Part shown: positions 1 through 10,358 of the stretch, piece by piece
Layout of the letters: each line of letters opens with the position of its first letter
Position numbering within the stretch: the stretch's first letter is position 1
NCBI GenBank assembly: GCA_947500555.1
Contig: CANMSE010000006.1
Coordinates: 66,388 to 130,387, forward strand
From: an uncultured Fulvivirga sp.
Lineage (GTDB): Bacteria > Bacteroidota > Bacteroidia > Cytophagales > Cyclobacteriaceae
Length of the DNA stretch: 64,000 nt
Direction of reading: 5' to 3'
Notes under the pieces: model-generated
Database searches by the model: none
The model's input: the letters and a program-made list of their open reading frames with translations, nothing else
Told to the model about the DNA's origin: nothing
Program-made: the position numbers and the translations under genes

Positions 1-638
1 AACCACCTTGGGCTATGAGGGACAAAAAACAACAGAATGAAAAAGGCTAATGCAGGAACTAACTCTGACCAGAACATTATCCTCCAACCTCGAGTTACAT
101 TATGATCATGAATCTGCTCCAATACCTCTGGTGAAAGGCTGCTTGTGTCCCCTCCACCGATAATATAAGTAGCCAGAAATACAACAAAAAAGCCGATAAC
201 TATCGCTAATTGATAATAGGATACTAACCTGCCACGCTCCTTAGGTGGTGCCACTTCAGCAATGTACATCGGAGCAGTCATTGAAGCTATTCCCACTCCT
301 AAACCACCAATAATTCTAAATATAACTAACATGGTCAATGACTCTGGTATGCCTGACCCCCATGCTGAAATAGCGAATAGAAATCCTGATAATATCAAAG
401 AATATTTTCGACTATACTTTGAACTCACATAGCCTGCAATGAGCGCTCCTATAAGACAACCGTATAAAGCACTACTCACTGCCCAACCTTGCTCACCTTT
501 AGAAAAGTTGAAATACTCAGTGAAATATAATTGTGATCCACCGATAACACCAGTATCATACCCGAATAAAAGCCCTCCAAGGGTAGCGACTACCGTAATT
601 CCTAAAATGAATCTTTTGTAATTAGTTGGTTTTTCCAT
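1..638 (-). CDS. MFS sugar-porter family transporter, N-terminal part (gene runs off the left edge)
   Basis: Absent from the ORF track because it is open to the window edge. Hand translation from the ATG at 638 (minus) gives MEKPTNYKRFILGITVVATLGGLLFGYDTGVIGGSQ... and ends ...VPALAFFILLFFVPHSPRW at the edge. These match the sugar-porter signatures GxLFGYD and PESPRW. The listed + ORF 439..621 is antisense to it. Confidence 0.8.
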   Translation of the reverse strand, partial: MEKPTNYKRFILGITVVATLGGLLFGYDTGVIGGSQLYFTEYFNFSKGEQGWAVSSALYGCLIGALIAGYVSSKYSRKYSLILSGFLFAISAWGSGIPESLTMLVIFRIIGGLGVGIASMTAPMYIAEVAPPKERGRLVSYYQLAIVIGFFVVFLATYIIGGGDTSSLSPEVLEQIHDHNVTRGWRIMFWSELVPALAFFILLFFVPHSPRW

Positions 639-771
639 GATTAATTATCATTCCAAACATCAATTTACATTAACATGCTAAAAGTTTAACTCTATCTTTC
701 AGATTTGTGAATACAATACCATCCACAAGCTTTATTTATCAATTAGACATCACAAAAGGAATAATAAAATT

Positions 772-1539
772 TCAATCTCCCAACCAAACCTTAAAAGCTG
801 TAGCTTTCTCAGCACTAATGGTGATTGACTCATCGGTCTTATGCAAGAGTTCAATTAAAAGTTTGCCTTTATGAAACTTATGAGTGGCATTAATTGCCTG
901 AAAGGAAATGATGTATTGGCGATTCGCTCGATAGAATTTTTCCGGATCTAATTGGTTCATCACCTCGTCTAGGTTGTAGTCCATTAAGTACTTTTTGTTT
1001 TCTGTAGTACACAGGTAAACAACACCATTTTTAGTTTGAAAGTAAGCGATATCAGCAGTCTCAATGGATAACAGTTTTTCTCCCTGCTTGATTAAGAACC
1101 TGCTCTTAAAACGCCTTTCATCCATTTTGATCTGTCCAATGAGTAAATTTAGATCAATGGCATTATGTCCACTCCCGAAAGCCTCCTGAAGATTCCGATA
1201 TTTATTCAAGCTTAATTCCAGGTCTTCTTTTTTGATGGGCTTCAAAAGGTAATCAATACTATTCACCTTAAAAGCCTTTAGCATATACTCATCAAAAGCA
1301 GTGGTAAAAATCACCGGCCTATTGATCTTGACCCGGTCGAAAATTTCAAAGCTTACCCCGTCACTTAGTTGAATATCCATAAGAATCAGATCAGGCTCAT
1401 TATGGTTTTTAATCCATTTTACTGACTCTTCCACACTGTCGATCACTTCAAGGATCTCAATAGTGGTATCAATCTCCTCTAAAATCTTTTGAAGCCTTCT
1501 GAATGCCGGAGCTTCATCTTCAATGATTAATATTCTCAT
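772..1539 (-). CDS. LytR/AlgR-family response regulator (receiver + LytTR DNA-binding domain)
   Basis: N-terminus MRILIIEDE...PDLILMDIQLSDG is a receiver domain. The C-terminal half has LytTR-like layout. Overlaps the upstream kinase gene by 4 nt. Confidence 0.9.
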   Translation of the reverse strand: MRILIIEDEAPAFRRLQKILEEIDTTIEILEVIDSVEESVKWIKNHNEPDLILMDIQLSDGVSFEIFDRVKINRPVIFTTAFDEYMLKAFKVNSIDYLLKPIKKEDLELSLNKYRNLQEAFGSGHNAIDLNLLIGQIKMDERRFKSRFLIKQGEKLLSIETADIAYFQTKNGVVYLCTTENKKYLMDYNLDEVMNQLDPEKFYRANRQYIISFQAINATHKFHKGKLLIELLHKTDESITISAEKATAFKVWLGD

Positions 1540-2582
1540 GCGCTAGCCAGCGATTTTTCGTTGACAATCTCGATTAAAGGAATAGCTACCATAAAGTTGG
1601 AATGAGTGACAATAACATCAATATTATGCTTGCCGAAGTAAGCATACCTGTTTCTTATATTTCTAAGGCCCGTTTTGGTAGATTTTTCAATGGACTTTTT
1701 CTCCTGCAGGTTATTTTTAACAATAATCGATTTACCATTATCCACATAGATATCAATAGTTAACGGGTGAGCTTTCGAAACAATATTGTGCTTAATAGCA
1801 TTTTCTACCAACATCTGGATAGTTAGTGGTGCGATGTGCTGGCCAAAATATTGATCATCCACTCTGAATTTCACTTCCAAATTTTCTGGATAGCGCATCT
1901 GCAGCAGGAATACATAATTTTTAACAAATGTCAGTTCCTCTTCTACTGTCACCAATTCTTTTTCCTTATTCTGTAAAATGTAGCGATAAACTTCCGATAG
2001 TTTTTCTGTAAAGTTAATCGCTATGGTAGTGTCTTCAGCGATCAGGGTAGTTAACGTATTTAAACTATTAAAGAGAAAGTGAGGACTCATTTGATTTTGC
2101 AATACTTCAAATTGAGTTCGGATTTGTTGGTTTTTCAGCTCTTCATTTTGACGGATCGAAGTTTTCCATTGCTCAAAAAAGTAGACATTTTCATAAACTG
2201 ATCCGACAATACCCCCAATGACTACGTTGATAGATACGTTGCTAAAAAGATAATCTAATGCAAAGAGATCTTCATCAGGGCGTAAGTTTAGCGTAGAGCA
2301 AATAAGTGGATCACCGATACTCATAAAGAAAACTAGAGTAATAAAGGTGATCAACAAACGCTTTGGTGTCTGGCGAATTTCAGGAAACACTTTTCTGAAA
2401 TACATAAAAATGGCAAAAGCTCCATTCCAGAATATTACAGTGAATATTAGAGAGGTGAAATACTTCTCTAACCTTGTTTGACCTTCTTCGGGTGCATGAA
2501 TAAAGGTCATAATATAAGCTAAAATGAATATCCCTATCCATCTTACATAAACTTCTTTAACCGTTATTCCAGCTATTTTCAT
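1536..2582 (-). CDS. Membrane sensor histidine kinase, LytS/His_kinase type
   Basis: Multi-pass hydrophobic N-terminus, then LQNQMSPHFLFNSLN (H-box of LytS-type kinases) and an ATPase-like C-terminus. Probably co-transcribed with the LytTR regulator. Confidence 0.85.
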   Translation of the reverse strand: MKIAGITVKEVYVRWIGIFILAYIMTFIHAPEEGQTRLEKYFTSLIFTVIFWNGAFAIFMYFRKVFPEIRQTPKRLLITFITLVFFMSIGDPLICSTLNLRPDEDLFALDYLFSNVSINVVIGGIVGSVYENVYFFEQWKTSIRQNEELKNQQIRTQFEVLQNQMSPHFLFNSLNTLTTLIAEDTTIAINFTEKLSEVYRYILQNKEKELVTVEEELTFVKNYVFLLQMRYPENLEVKFRVDDQYFGQHIAPLTIQMLVENAIKHNIVSKAHPLTIDIYVDNGKSIIVKNNLQEKKSIEKSTKTGLRNIRNRYAYFGKHNIDVIVTHSNFMVAIPLIEIVNEKSLASA

Positions 2583-2628
2583 ACAACAATTGTAGAATAT
2601 ATATTATAACCAACAAGGTTAAAATTAG

Positions 2629-2702
2629 ATTCCTGCCTTCGCAGGAATGACGTCCTGATGAAATAGAATGCGTCATTCCTTAGAGCGAAGCGAGTAAGGA
2701 AT
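2629..2702. repeat. Compound palindromic intergenic element (ATTCCNGC-type hairpins)
   Basis: attcctgc-cttc-gcaggaat (2629-2648), ggaatgacg (2644-2652) complementary to cgtcattcc (2671-2679), and attcctta-N12-taaggaat (2675-2702). Related hairpin at 33335-33356. Confidence 0.6.
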
Positions 2703-2988
2703 CTCGATATTATAGAATAGGCCATAATGCGTAAAATCATTTACAATTTATTCAAAATAACATTAAAGAGATAGATTTCTAAAGTGATGAATACATAAGA
2801 CAGGGATATTCAAGGGTAAAACCGTAAATAAAACACCTGAAGCCCAAATACACTTCCAGAACACATTTCATCAGTTCAAAAGCTTAATTCTAGGTTTCAC
2901 AGGAAAAATCTCGCGCCTCACGTTGAAAGTCGTTTCCTATCTATAAGTGCATCAATAGCTTGGTCTTAGAAATTCAAAACCAATCAAT

Positions 2989-5394
2989 ATGAAAGCATTA
3001 AAATTTACCTTATTTCTAAGTCTGGCAATATTAAATACAACTTTAATGGCGCAGACCCAGGTTGTCAAAGGTTCCATCATTGACGCCCAGGCAGAATTTC
3101 CCATTATTGGTGCTTCTGTTATTCTTATAGGTAGTGACCCGATTAAAGGTACGGTTACAGATCTGGATGGAAAATTCAGGCTTGAAAATGTGCCTGTAGG
3201 AAGACAAACTCTCGGCATTCAATATATAGGTTATAAAAGTATCACTGTCCCTAATGTTTTGGTGACTGCGGGCAAAGAAGTTATCCTCACATTGCAAATC
3301 GAAGAATCTGTGGAGCAACTTGATGAAATTGTTATCACAGCAGAAGCTGATAAAGATCTCCCACTAAATGATTTGGCGAAAGTAAGTGCAAGAACATTTA
3401 GTCTGGAAGAAGTTACACGGTTTTCGGGAGGCCGTAATGATGTAGCTCGATTGGCGACTTCTTTCGCAGGTGTTAGCGCTCCAAATGACGGTCGAAATGA
3501 CATTGTGGTAAGGGGTAATTCACCGGTTGGACTTTTATGGAGAATTGAAGGCGTTCCAATTGCTACTACCAATCATTTTGCCACACTCGGAACGACTGGT
3601 GGACCTGTAAACGCATTAAATACTAATCTACTGCGTACTTCAGATTTTCTGACTGGTGCTTTTCCGGCAGAGTACGGTAATGCTAATAGCGCAGTTTTCG
3701 ATGTGAATTTTAGAAGTGGTAATACCGACAAGTATGAATACACCGCTCAGATGAGCGCATTTAGTGGCCTGGAATTCATGGCTGAAGGGCCATTTAGAAA
3801 ATCGAAAGGTGGGTCATTCGTGGCCTCCTATCGCTATGGCATTGCCAGTTTGGCCGCTACAGGTACCAGTGCAACACCTTTCTACCAGGACTTTTCATTC
3901 AAACTAAACTTCGGAAAGACCAAAACTGGTAAATGGGAACTCTTTGGGTTAGGCGGTCTGAGTAGCATTGATTTCTTAGGAGACGAAATTGATGAAGATG
4001 ACTTGTTTGCGAATCCTGATCAGGACGCATTTGTACAAAACCAACTAGGTTTAGTAGGACTTGTTAATACATTAAGATTAAATAAAACCACTTTCTTAAA
4101 GACCTCACTTGGAGCTTCTACAAACTACAATGAGTACTTACAAGACAACCTAAACACCGACCCCGAAGGGAATCTGATCAATAAATTCAGGGCTACCAAT
4201 GTAGAGAACAGGGAAAGCAGATTAACATTCAGCTCGACTTTGAATAAAAAATTTAATGCAAAGTGGAGTTTAAGAACAGGAATTCTAAATGAGCATTATA
4301 TTGCTGATTTTTTTACAGAAGATAGAGACAATAGAGTGAGCATTCCTGATGATAATAATGATGGGATTCCTGACTATTTTGTCAACCGGGGTAACCTTGA
4401 CGAGTCTTACAATCTTGCTCAAGTTTTTGCACAAGCTGAGAATAAAATAACCGATGATCTAAGTGTAACAGCAGGTTTACATGCTCAGTATCACGATTTC
4501 ACTGAAGATTTTGTAGTAGAACCTCGGGCAGCTGTAAGCTGGCAAGCCAGACCAAATCAACGTTGGAGTGTTGCTTACGGATTACACGCACAAACTATTC
4601 CCTCTCCCATTCTATTCTTTGATGAAGAAATTACTCCCGGGATAACGGCCAAAACCAATAAAGACCTGAATTTCATGAAAAGTCATCATTTTGTATTGGG
4701 TTACGATAGAAACCTGGGGCAAAACTGGCGCTTAAAGGCGGAAACCTATTATCAAAGCTTATTTGATGTGCCCGTATCCTCAACACCAAGTAGTTATTCC
4801 ATTATCAATGAAGGGTCAGACTTTGTTTTTGAAGAAGAAGGCTCGTTAGTAAATGAGGGTGAAGGAAGTAACCTTGGTGTGGAATTGACTCTTGAAAAAT
4901 TCTTTAGCAAAGGCTATTACCTTCTAATGACTACATCGGCATTCGACTCCAGATATAAAGCAAGTGACAACATTGAAAGAAATACTGCATTTAATAGCAA
5001 CCTAGTATTCAACTTTCTATTTGGTAAAGAATGGAAATTTGGGCCTGATGGTAAGAACGCATGGACGTTTGATACCAAGCTTACCACCAGCGGAGGCCAG
5101 CCTTTTACTCCCGTAGATTTAGAAGCTACACGAGCCAACGCAGGCAGAGAAGTTAGACAAGATAATATTGCCTTTAGCGAAAGATATGACTCCTACTTTC
5201 GTTGGGATGTAAAATTTGGAGTACGAATAAACAGTAAAAAGAAAAATATATCACATCAGTTTTTTGTGGATATGCAAAATGTCACGAATAGGGAGAATGA
5301 ATTTGTAAGAAGGTATAATGAAGTAACAGATGAAATCAACCGAGTGGATCAAACAGGGTTTTTCCCTGATGTGATGTACAGAATCCAATTCTAA
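2989..5394 (+). CDS. TonB-dependent receptor with N-terminal carboxypeptidase-regulatory-like domain
   Basis: Signal peptide, then a CarbopepD_reg-like segment (VKGSIIDAQ...GASVILIGS...GTVTDLDGKFRL), a plug-like region and a long beta-barrel-type C-terminus ending in an aromatic residue (RIQF). Confidence 0.85.
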   Translation: MKALKFTLFLSLAILNTTLMAQTQVVKGSIIDAQAEFPIIGASVILIGSDPIKGTVTDLDGKFRLENVPVGRQTLGIQYIGYKSITVPNVLVTAGKEVILTLQIEESVEQLDEIVITAEADKDLPLNDLAKVSARTFSLEEVTRFSGGRNDVARLATSFAGVSAPNDGRNDIVVRGNSPVGLLWRIEGVPIATTNHFATLGTTGGPVNALNTNLLRTSDFLTGAFPAEYGNANSAVFDVNFRSGNTDKYEYTAQMSAFSGLEFMAEGPFRKSKGGSFVASYRYGIASLAATGTSATPFYQDFSFKLNFGKTKTGKWELFGLGGLSSIDFLGDEIDEDDLFANPDQDAFVQNQLGLVGLVNTLRLNKTTFLKTSLGASTNYNEYLQDNLNTDPEGNLINKFRATNVENRESRLTFSSTLNKKFNAKWSLRTGILNEHYIADFFTEDRDNRVSIPDDNNDGIPDYFVNRGNLDESYNLAQVFAQAENKITDDLSVTAGLHAQYHDFTEDFVVEPRAAVSWQARPNQRWSVAYGLHAQTIPSPILFFDEEITPGITAKTNKDLNFMKSHHFVLGYDRNLGQNWRLKAETYYQSLFDVPVSSTPSSYSIINEGSDFVFEEEGSLVNEGEGSNLGVELTLEKFFSKGYYLLMTTSAFDSRYKASDNIERNTAFNSNLVFNFLFGKEWKFGPDGKNAWTFDTKLTTSGGQPFTPVDLEATRANAGREVRQDNIAFSERYDSYFRWDVKFGVRINSKKKNISHQFFVDMQNVTNRENEFVRRYNEVTDEINRVDQTGFFPDVMYRIQF

Positions 5395-5430
5395 TAATTC
5401 AATGGCTATTAATCACCAAACCTTAAGATA

Positions 5431-5646
5431 ATGATAGAAATATTCTCAACAAACATCAAAAATCAAAAGGAGGCTAACATCATTTCAGGCCTCCTGCACC
5501 TTTGCTTTCCCAACTTAAGAGCAAATATTGATTTACATGATACAGATCACGTACTACGAATAGAATCAATAAACGGAAAATTAAATATTAATGCTTTGGT
5601 TAATTATATCCGCTCACTGGGTTACCGTATTCAATGGATAAAATAA
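5431..5646 (+). CDS. Small hypothetical protein (71 aa)
   Basis: ORF only. Sits between the receptor gene and the SDR gene on the same strand. No recognised motif. Confidence 0.4.
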   Translation: MIEIFSTNIKNQKEANIISGLLHLCFPNLRANIDLHDTDHVLRIESINGKLNINALVNYIRSLGYRIQWIK

Positions 5647-5653
5647 CTGCCAC

Positions 5654-6466
5654 ATGACTTTATCTATCAATCAACAGAAAAAGCTACTCTCTCGATATGG
5701 GAAATGGGCTCTGGTTACCGGAGCCACTTCTGGTATAGGAAGAGGAATCGCCAACGGGTTAGCGGCATCCGGTTTTAATCTCATTATTACAGCCAGAAGA
5801 TTAAGTGAGCTCAATTTAGTGAAAACTAATATTGTAAGTAATCATGAAGTTAAGGTAGACGTGGTGGCAGCAGATTTATCTGCTTCTAACGACATAGGAA
5901 AAATAATAGGGGCCACCCGTGATAAAGAAATAGGATTAGTTGTATTGAATGCGGGTTTTGGATCTTCAGGTAGTTTCATTGATTCTGACATCGAGACCGA
6001 ACTAAACATGGTTGATGTTAATTGTAAAGCCGTTCTGAGTATGGCACATACTTTTGCTAAGAGATTATCTGTACAGAAAAGAGGTGGGATCATACTTTTG
6101 GGTTCTATGGTTGCCTTTCAGGGAACACCTTACGCGGCCAACTATGCAGCTACAAAGGCTTATATTCTTTCACTCGGTGAAGCTTTATTCCATGAACTAA
6201 AACCTTGGGGTGTAGATGTTTTGACCGCTTGTCCGGGACCTGTATCTACAGGATTTGCGGAACGAGCACAAATGGATTTAGGGAACGCCATGAATGCTGA
6301 TGAAATAGCACAGCAAATACTAAATGCTCTGGGAAGAAAATCTGTTAGCCTACCCGGAGTACTTACCAAAATCCTTGTATATTCATTACGAACAGTCCCA
6401 AGATGGGCTAAAGTGCGTATCATGAAATTGGTAATGAGCGGCATGACTAAAAATCAAATTGCATGA
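5654..6466 (+). CDS. SDR-family oxidoreductase
   Basis: TGATSGIGRG cofactor-binding motif and YAATKA catalytic motif. Confidence 0.9.
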   Translation: MTLSINQQKKLLSRYGKWALVTGATSGIGRGIANGLAASGFNLIITARRLSELNLVKTNIVSNHEVKVDVVAADLSASNDIGKIIGATRDKEIGLVVLNAGFGSSGSFIDSDIETELNMVDVNCKAVLSMAHTFAKRLSVQKRGGIILLGSMVAFQGTPYAANYAATKAYILSLGEALFHELKPWGVDVLTACPGPVSTGFAERAQMDLGNAMNADEIAQQILNALGRKSVSLPGVLTKILVYSLRTVPRWAKVRIMKLVMSGMTKNQIA

Positions 6467-6879
6467 GTTTTGAATTAATATTCAGAGTTGTTAACATATC
6501 TGTTATTCCGTTTTGGTTGATCCTGTTTTTCTTACCAAAATGGAGGTTTAGAAATGATTTAATATATGTCTCAGCCACTGTATTAGCCACGCTATATACT
6601 GCTTTGATAGCATTCGGCTCAACCATAGATATAGGTGATTTTAGTAATTTAGAAGGTGTCAAAAATCTTTTTACAAGTGACGAAGCAGTTCTAATTGGGT
6701 GGATTCACTATCTGGCTTTCGACTTACTCATAGGAAACTGGATGGTTAACCAGGCACAAGAACTTAAAATACGCCATATTATATTATCACCCTGTCTCAT
6801 TTTTACTTTCATGTTCGGCCCTGTCGGCTACTTACTCTTCACACTATTGAAAATTTCCAAAATTGGACGTACTAACTAG
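6463..6879 (+). CDS. Small integral membrane protein, ABA4-like/DUF4281-like
   Basis: ATGA overlap with the SDR gene. Four hydrophobic segments. LFFLPKW and GWIHYLAFDLLIG resemble my memory of DUF4281. Confidence 0.55.
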   Translation: MSFELIFRVVNISVIPFWLILFFLPKWRFRNDLIYVSATVLATLYTALIAFGSTIDIGDFSNLEGVKNLFTSDEAVLIGWIHYLAFDLLIGNWMVNQAQELKIRHIILSPCLIFTFMFGPVGYLLFTLLKISKIGRTN

Positions 6880-7657
6880 CATTTTTCCAGGCAAAGTAAA
6901 CCAGGCATTGGCCTTAAGTTCTTATTTCTTTTTCTTTCTAATAGTCGTTACATTTTTTTTGTATTCAACTGATTCAAGAATGCTGATGGGTGTAAACATT
7001 TGGTTAAAGCCTTTAAAATTCACCCTTTCTATTTTTATCTTCTTACTTACATCAGCTTACATCATACCATGGCTGCCTTATACAAGGGCTAAGCAACACC
7101 TTATAGAGGGTCTGTTAATTATCACCATGGTTGTTGAGATTGCTTGCATCCTGTATCAGGCTTCAAGAGGTCAGCAATCACATTTTAATATCACAGATTC
7201 GATAGGAAGAGTATTGTTCCCTCTTATGGGAATAATGATAAGCATCACCTATTTTACCTATGCCTGGATCTTATTAGATTTATTCAGATTGGATACACAA
7301 CTTTCACCAGCTATGCTGTGGGCGTTGAGAATAAGCATTGCAATTTTCTTATTTGGTGGAATATCTGGTTTTATGATGGCGTCCGGCCTTAAACACAACA
7401 TTGGTGTAGCTGATGGTGGAATAGGCTTACCTTTCACAAATTGGAGTACGGTAGGAGGTGATCTAAGGGTGTCTCACTTTATCAGTTTACATGCACTCCA
7501 AATGCTGCCGTTAATTGTTTTACTCATGAGCGAACTGAATATTAGTTCGACCATAACTTTGATAACTGTAGTTGGCGTAGGTATTCTGCACGGTGTGTTT
7601 GCAATATTCACTCTGATTCAAGCCATAAATGGTCATCCATTTATTAGGCTTGATTGA
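6863..7657 (+). CDS. Multi-pass membrane protein of unknown function
   Basis: Hydrophobic throughout. The track start is a TTG at 6863 that overlaps the previous gene, so the true start is uncertain. Confidence 0.55.
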   Translation: MDVLTSIFPGKVNQALALSSYFFFFLIVVTFFLYSTDSRMLMGVNIWLKPLKFTLSIFIFLLTSAYIIPWLPYTRAKQHLIEGLLIITMVVEIACILYQASRGQQSHFNITDSIGRVLFPLMGIMISITYFTYAWILLDLFRLDTQLSPAMLWALRISIAIFLFGGISGFMMASGLKHNIGVADGGIGLPFTNWSTVGGDLRVSHFISLHALQMLPLIVLLMSELNISSTITLITVVGVGILHGVFAIFTLIQAINGHPFIRLD

Positions 7658-7673
7658 ACCTAGATCATACATA

Positions 7674-8249
7674 TCATTCTTCATTTCTCAGCGCTTCAAC
7701 ACTTTCTTTTAGCTTCTTAACATTTTTACCATACAGAAAGTAGAATATAATATGCACGCAAATAAACGCAAGTACACCAATACCTATTGATACTATGACA
7801 ACTTTGGTTAAGTTTTCAACCTCCCCCTCAAAAAGGTCTGATACTAAATTTGATCCCATGCAAAAGCCAAAAATAAACATGACAACACCAATGGTGAGGT
7901 AGTGTCTTCTAAATACTCTTATTGATAGATAACATTCATTTAAGTAATCCACCACAGAATGTTCAACACTTGATCGATTTAACTTAAGTATAAGATTACG
8001 GTAGTACAAGATAGCTCCTATGCCTAAGACAAGGCTAATAATTGCAAGCAGATACTCTTCTAAAACTCCAAAAAAAATTACTATCGCAGGAAACAGAATG
8101 ACATTCATTCTTTGTTCCAACTTTATTGTATCTAGTATCTTATCTATCAGGTTTGTGGACTTTGATGTATATACTGAAGAGATATCTGTTTTCTCTGCAG
8201 CACTCTTTTGAGTCATCTTCCAGATATTTTTTAAATCATCCTCTTCCAT
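7674..8249 (-). CDS. Membrane protein partner of the ECF sigma factor (putative anti-sigma, LKxxW N-terminus)
   Basis: Overlaps the sigma gene by 14 nt. N-terminus MEEDDLKNIWK, followed by several TM segments. Confidence 0.6.
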   Translation of the reverse strand: MEEDDLKNIWKMTQKSAAEKTDISSVYTSKSTNLIDKILDTIKLEQRMNVILFPAIVIFFGVLEEYLLAIISLVLGIGAILYYRNLILKLNRSSVEHSVVDYLNECYLSIRVFRRHYLTIGVVMFIFGFCMGSNLVSDLFEGEVENLTKVVIVSIGIGVLAFICVHIIFYFLYGKNVKKLKESVEALRNEE

Positions 8250-8709
8250 GAATAATTGATTTTAATTCATTCTTTATTCTATTCACTTTCACTCCTACAT
8301 TAGATACGGTAAGTCCAAGTATCTCCGCCATCTCTTTGTATGACTTATCTTCCAGGTAGAGTAATATTATTGCTCTATCAGATTCTTTAATCCTCTTCAA
8401 AGCAATGTAAAGTGTTGCGAGCTGGTCATCACCACTTTCATTCTCTTGGGTTACGTCATGATCAAGTAATGGGCTCGTCTCTATTTTTTTCTTTCGCACA
8501 TGAGAGAGACAAACATTCAATGCCACCCTGTAAACCCAGGTAGACACTTGAGAATTACCTTGAAATTTCTCATGTGACTTCCATAATTGTAAAGCCACCT
8601 CTTGAGTATAATCCTTAAACTCTTCATTGGAGTTAGAGTAAGCCCTACAAATTCGATTGATGATGGCCTGATTCTGTTCAATAAAGACTTTAAAAAATTC
8701 TTTTCCCAT
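8236..8709 (-). CDS. ECF-type RNA polymerase sigma-70 family factor
   Basis: Region 2 (FKDYTQEVALQLWKS...STWVYRVALN) and region 4 (SYKEMAEILGLTVSNVGVKVNR). Confidence 0.9.
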   Translation of the reverse strand: MGKEFFKVFIEQNQAIINRICRAYSNSNEEFKDYTQEVALQLWKSHEKFQGNSQVSTWVYRVALNVCLSHVRKKKIETSPLLDHDVTQENESGDDQLATLYIALKRIKESDRAIILLYLEDKSYKEMAEILGLTVSNVGVKVNRIKNELKSIIHGRG

Positions 8710-8909
8710 TTAACTAATTAGGTGGAATTAAAATGTTGGTAGCATGTATAACAATTTTATTACAAGGGGTGTCAAATTTTAATTTATTATCCTCATTTTC
8801 AATTGATTATCTTATAATTCTTAAAAGAATGTAATAAATAAAACCTGTTCTGTACTAACGCAGTGAACGTTCAATTTAAACTATTTGAATAATCTCGAAA
8901 AATTTAAGT

Positions 8910-9824
8910 ATGAAAAAATTGAGAATTGTAGCAATGAGAAAAGTATTGATTAACACCCTATTATTCGCCATGTCATTCGGTGCTGGAATGTTTCTGGCAA
9001 AAGCGGCTAAAGCTCAAGATACCAAATCACTACTCTGGAAAATAGAAGGGAATGAATTAGCAAAGCCCTCTTACCTTTATGGTACCATTCATGCCATTTG
9101 TCCTGAAGATTTCTTCCTTAAAGAATCTGTTAAAGAGGCCCTTAAGAATACAGATCAGATTGTGTTGGAATTAGATATGGATGACCCGCAGTTCATGATG
9201 AAAATGCAACAGAATATGATGAACCCTGGCATGAGCAACATTTCTGATCAGTTTTCTGAAGAAGATAGAAAATTGGTAAACGACTTCCTGATAGCAAACT
9301 TCGGTGCTAACCTGGATCAATTAGGGATAGTCAAGCCCTTCGGGTTGGCGGCAATGGTTATCCAAAAAACAATTTCTTGTGATAAACCAGAAAGCTATGA
9401 ACAGGTATTTATTAAGAACGCTGCAGAAAGGGAAATTGAACTCATAGGGCTAGAGACTATAGAATTTCAAGCAACTTTATTTGACGATGAACCTATGGAA
9501 GATCAAATAAAAATGGTAGTGGATGGAGTGAAAGAATTCGAAGATGGCAAAGATGAATTTAAACAACTTGTAGAAGTATATAAAACGGAAGATATCGTTG
9601 AACTACAACAATTGCTAGCCGATTCACCTCAGTTTGCATCTTTCGCTGATCTTCTGGTTTTTGACCGAAATAAAAACTGGATTCCAAAAATAACACAAAT
9701 AACACGGGAGACTCCTTCATTTATTGCAGTAGGTGCCTTGCATCTTGCTGGCGAGAATGGTGTAATAAACCTTTTAAAAAAGGAAGGTTATAAAGTTACA
9801 GCCATAATCAATCAAAGCGAATGA
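8910..9824 (+). CDS. TraB/GumN family protein
   Basis: Signal peptide, then LLWKIEGN...SYLYGTIHA, typical of the GumN/TraB family. Confidence 0.8.
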   Translation: MKKLRIVAMRKVLINTLLFAMSFGAGMFLAKAAKAQDTKSLLWKIEGNELAKPSYLYGTIHAICPEDFFLKESVKEALKNTDQIVLELDMDDPQFMMKMQQNMMNPGMSNISDQFSEEDRKLVNDFLIANFGANLDQLGIVKPFGLAAMVIQKTISCDKPESYEQVFIKNAAEREIELIGLETIEFQATLFDDEPMEDQIKMVVDGVKEFEDGKDEFKQLVEVYKTEDIVELQQLLADSPQFASFADLLVFDRNKNWIPKITQITRETPSFIAVGALHLAGENGVINLLKKEGYKVTAIINQSE

Positions 9825-9897
9825 ATAAAAGCTATAAATAATGGTTCAATCTTTGTTATCTCACTGAGATAATTAGAACCATTAAAATTCATTACAC

Positions 9898-10350
9898 ATG
9901 AAAAAAGTAGCTTTAATCATTATCATAGCAACATTATTTACCACTGACTACATCAATGCACAAACGCAATACAAAGTGATTACCGTAGTCGAATCTATAG
10001 TCCCAGGAGGTTTGGGAAGATCACGTTTAATAGAAAGCACCGAAGAGGGTGTTAATATCGATGACATGACCACAGAAAGAACTGATGGCAAAAAAAGTAA
10101 TCAAAACAGTGTAAAGCGAAAGGATGCTAAAACTGATGCTTTGAATGAAGCTAAGCTGTTAAACTTTTATAGTCTTACAGGTATCAATTTCCAAAATATC
10201 GCGTCAAATGATGCCTTGATAAGCTCCAAACTCAATAATTTGACTGAAGACGGATGGGAATTAATGCATGTAACAAGTGCGGCCGAGAGCGATGCAGGCA
10301 AAGGAGATGGCACTGGAATATATATTACTCGATTTATCTTTAAAAGATAG
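9898..10350 (+). CDS. Secreted hypothetical protein
   Basis: ORF with N-terminal signal peptide. No recognised domain. Confidence 0.5.
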   Translation: MKKVALIIIIATLFTTDYINAQTQYKVITVVESIVPGGLGRSRLIESTEEGVNIDDMTTERTDGKKSNQNSVKRKDAKTDALNEAKLLNFYSLTGINFQNIASNDALISSKLNNLTEDGWELMHVTSAAESDAGKGDGTGIYITRFIFKR

Positions 10351-10358
10351 ATTACATA

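Noticed and set aside
439-621. 60-aa + strand ORF from the track
   Set aside because: It lies antisense inside a clearly coding minus-strand MFS sugar-porter gene (GGLLFGYDTGVIGG and PHSPRW motifs) and has no features of its own.
2583-2988. Possible riboswitch or leader upstream of the TonB-dependent receptor gene (cobalamin or TPP type)
   Set aside because: I could not find a B12-box-like or TPP-like conserved core. The region contains only repeat hairpins and AT-rich spacer.
2952-3572. Three minus-strand ORFs (88, 91 and 113 aa) overlapping the start of the TonB-dependent receptor gene
   Set aside because: They are antisense to a well-supported 801-aa receptor ORF, have low-complexity composition and no motifs. 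Typical shadow ORFs.
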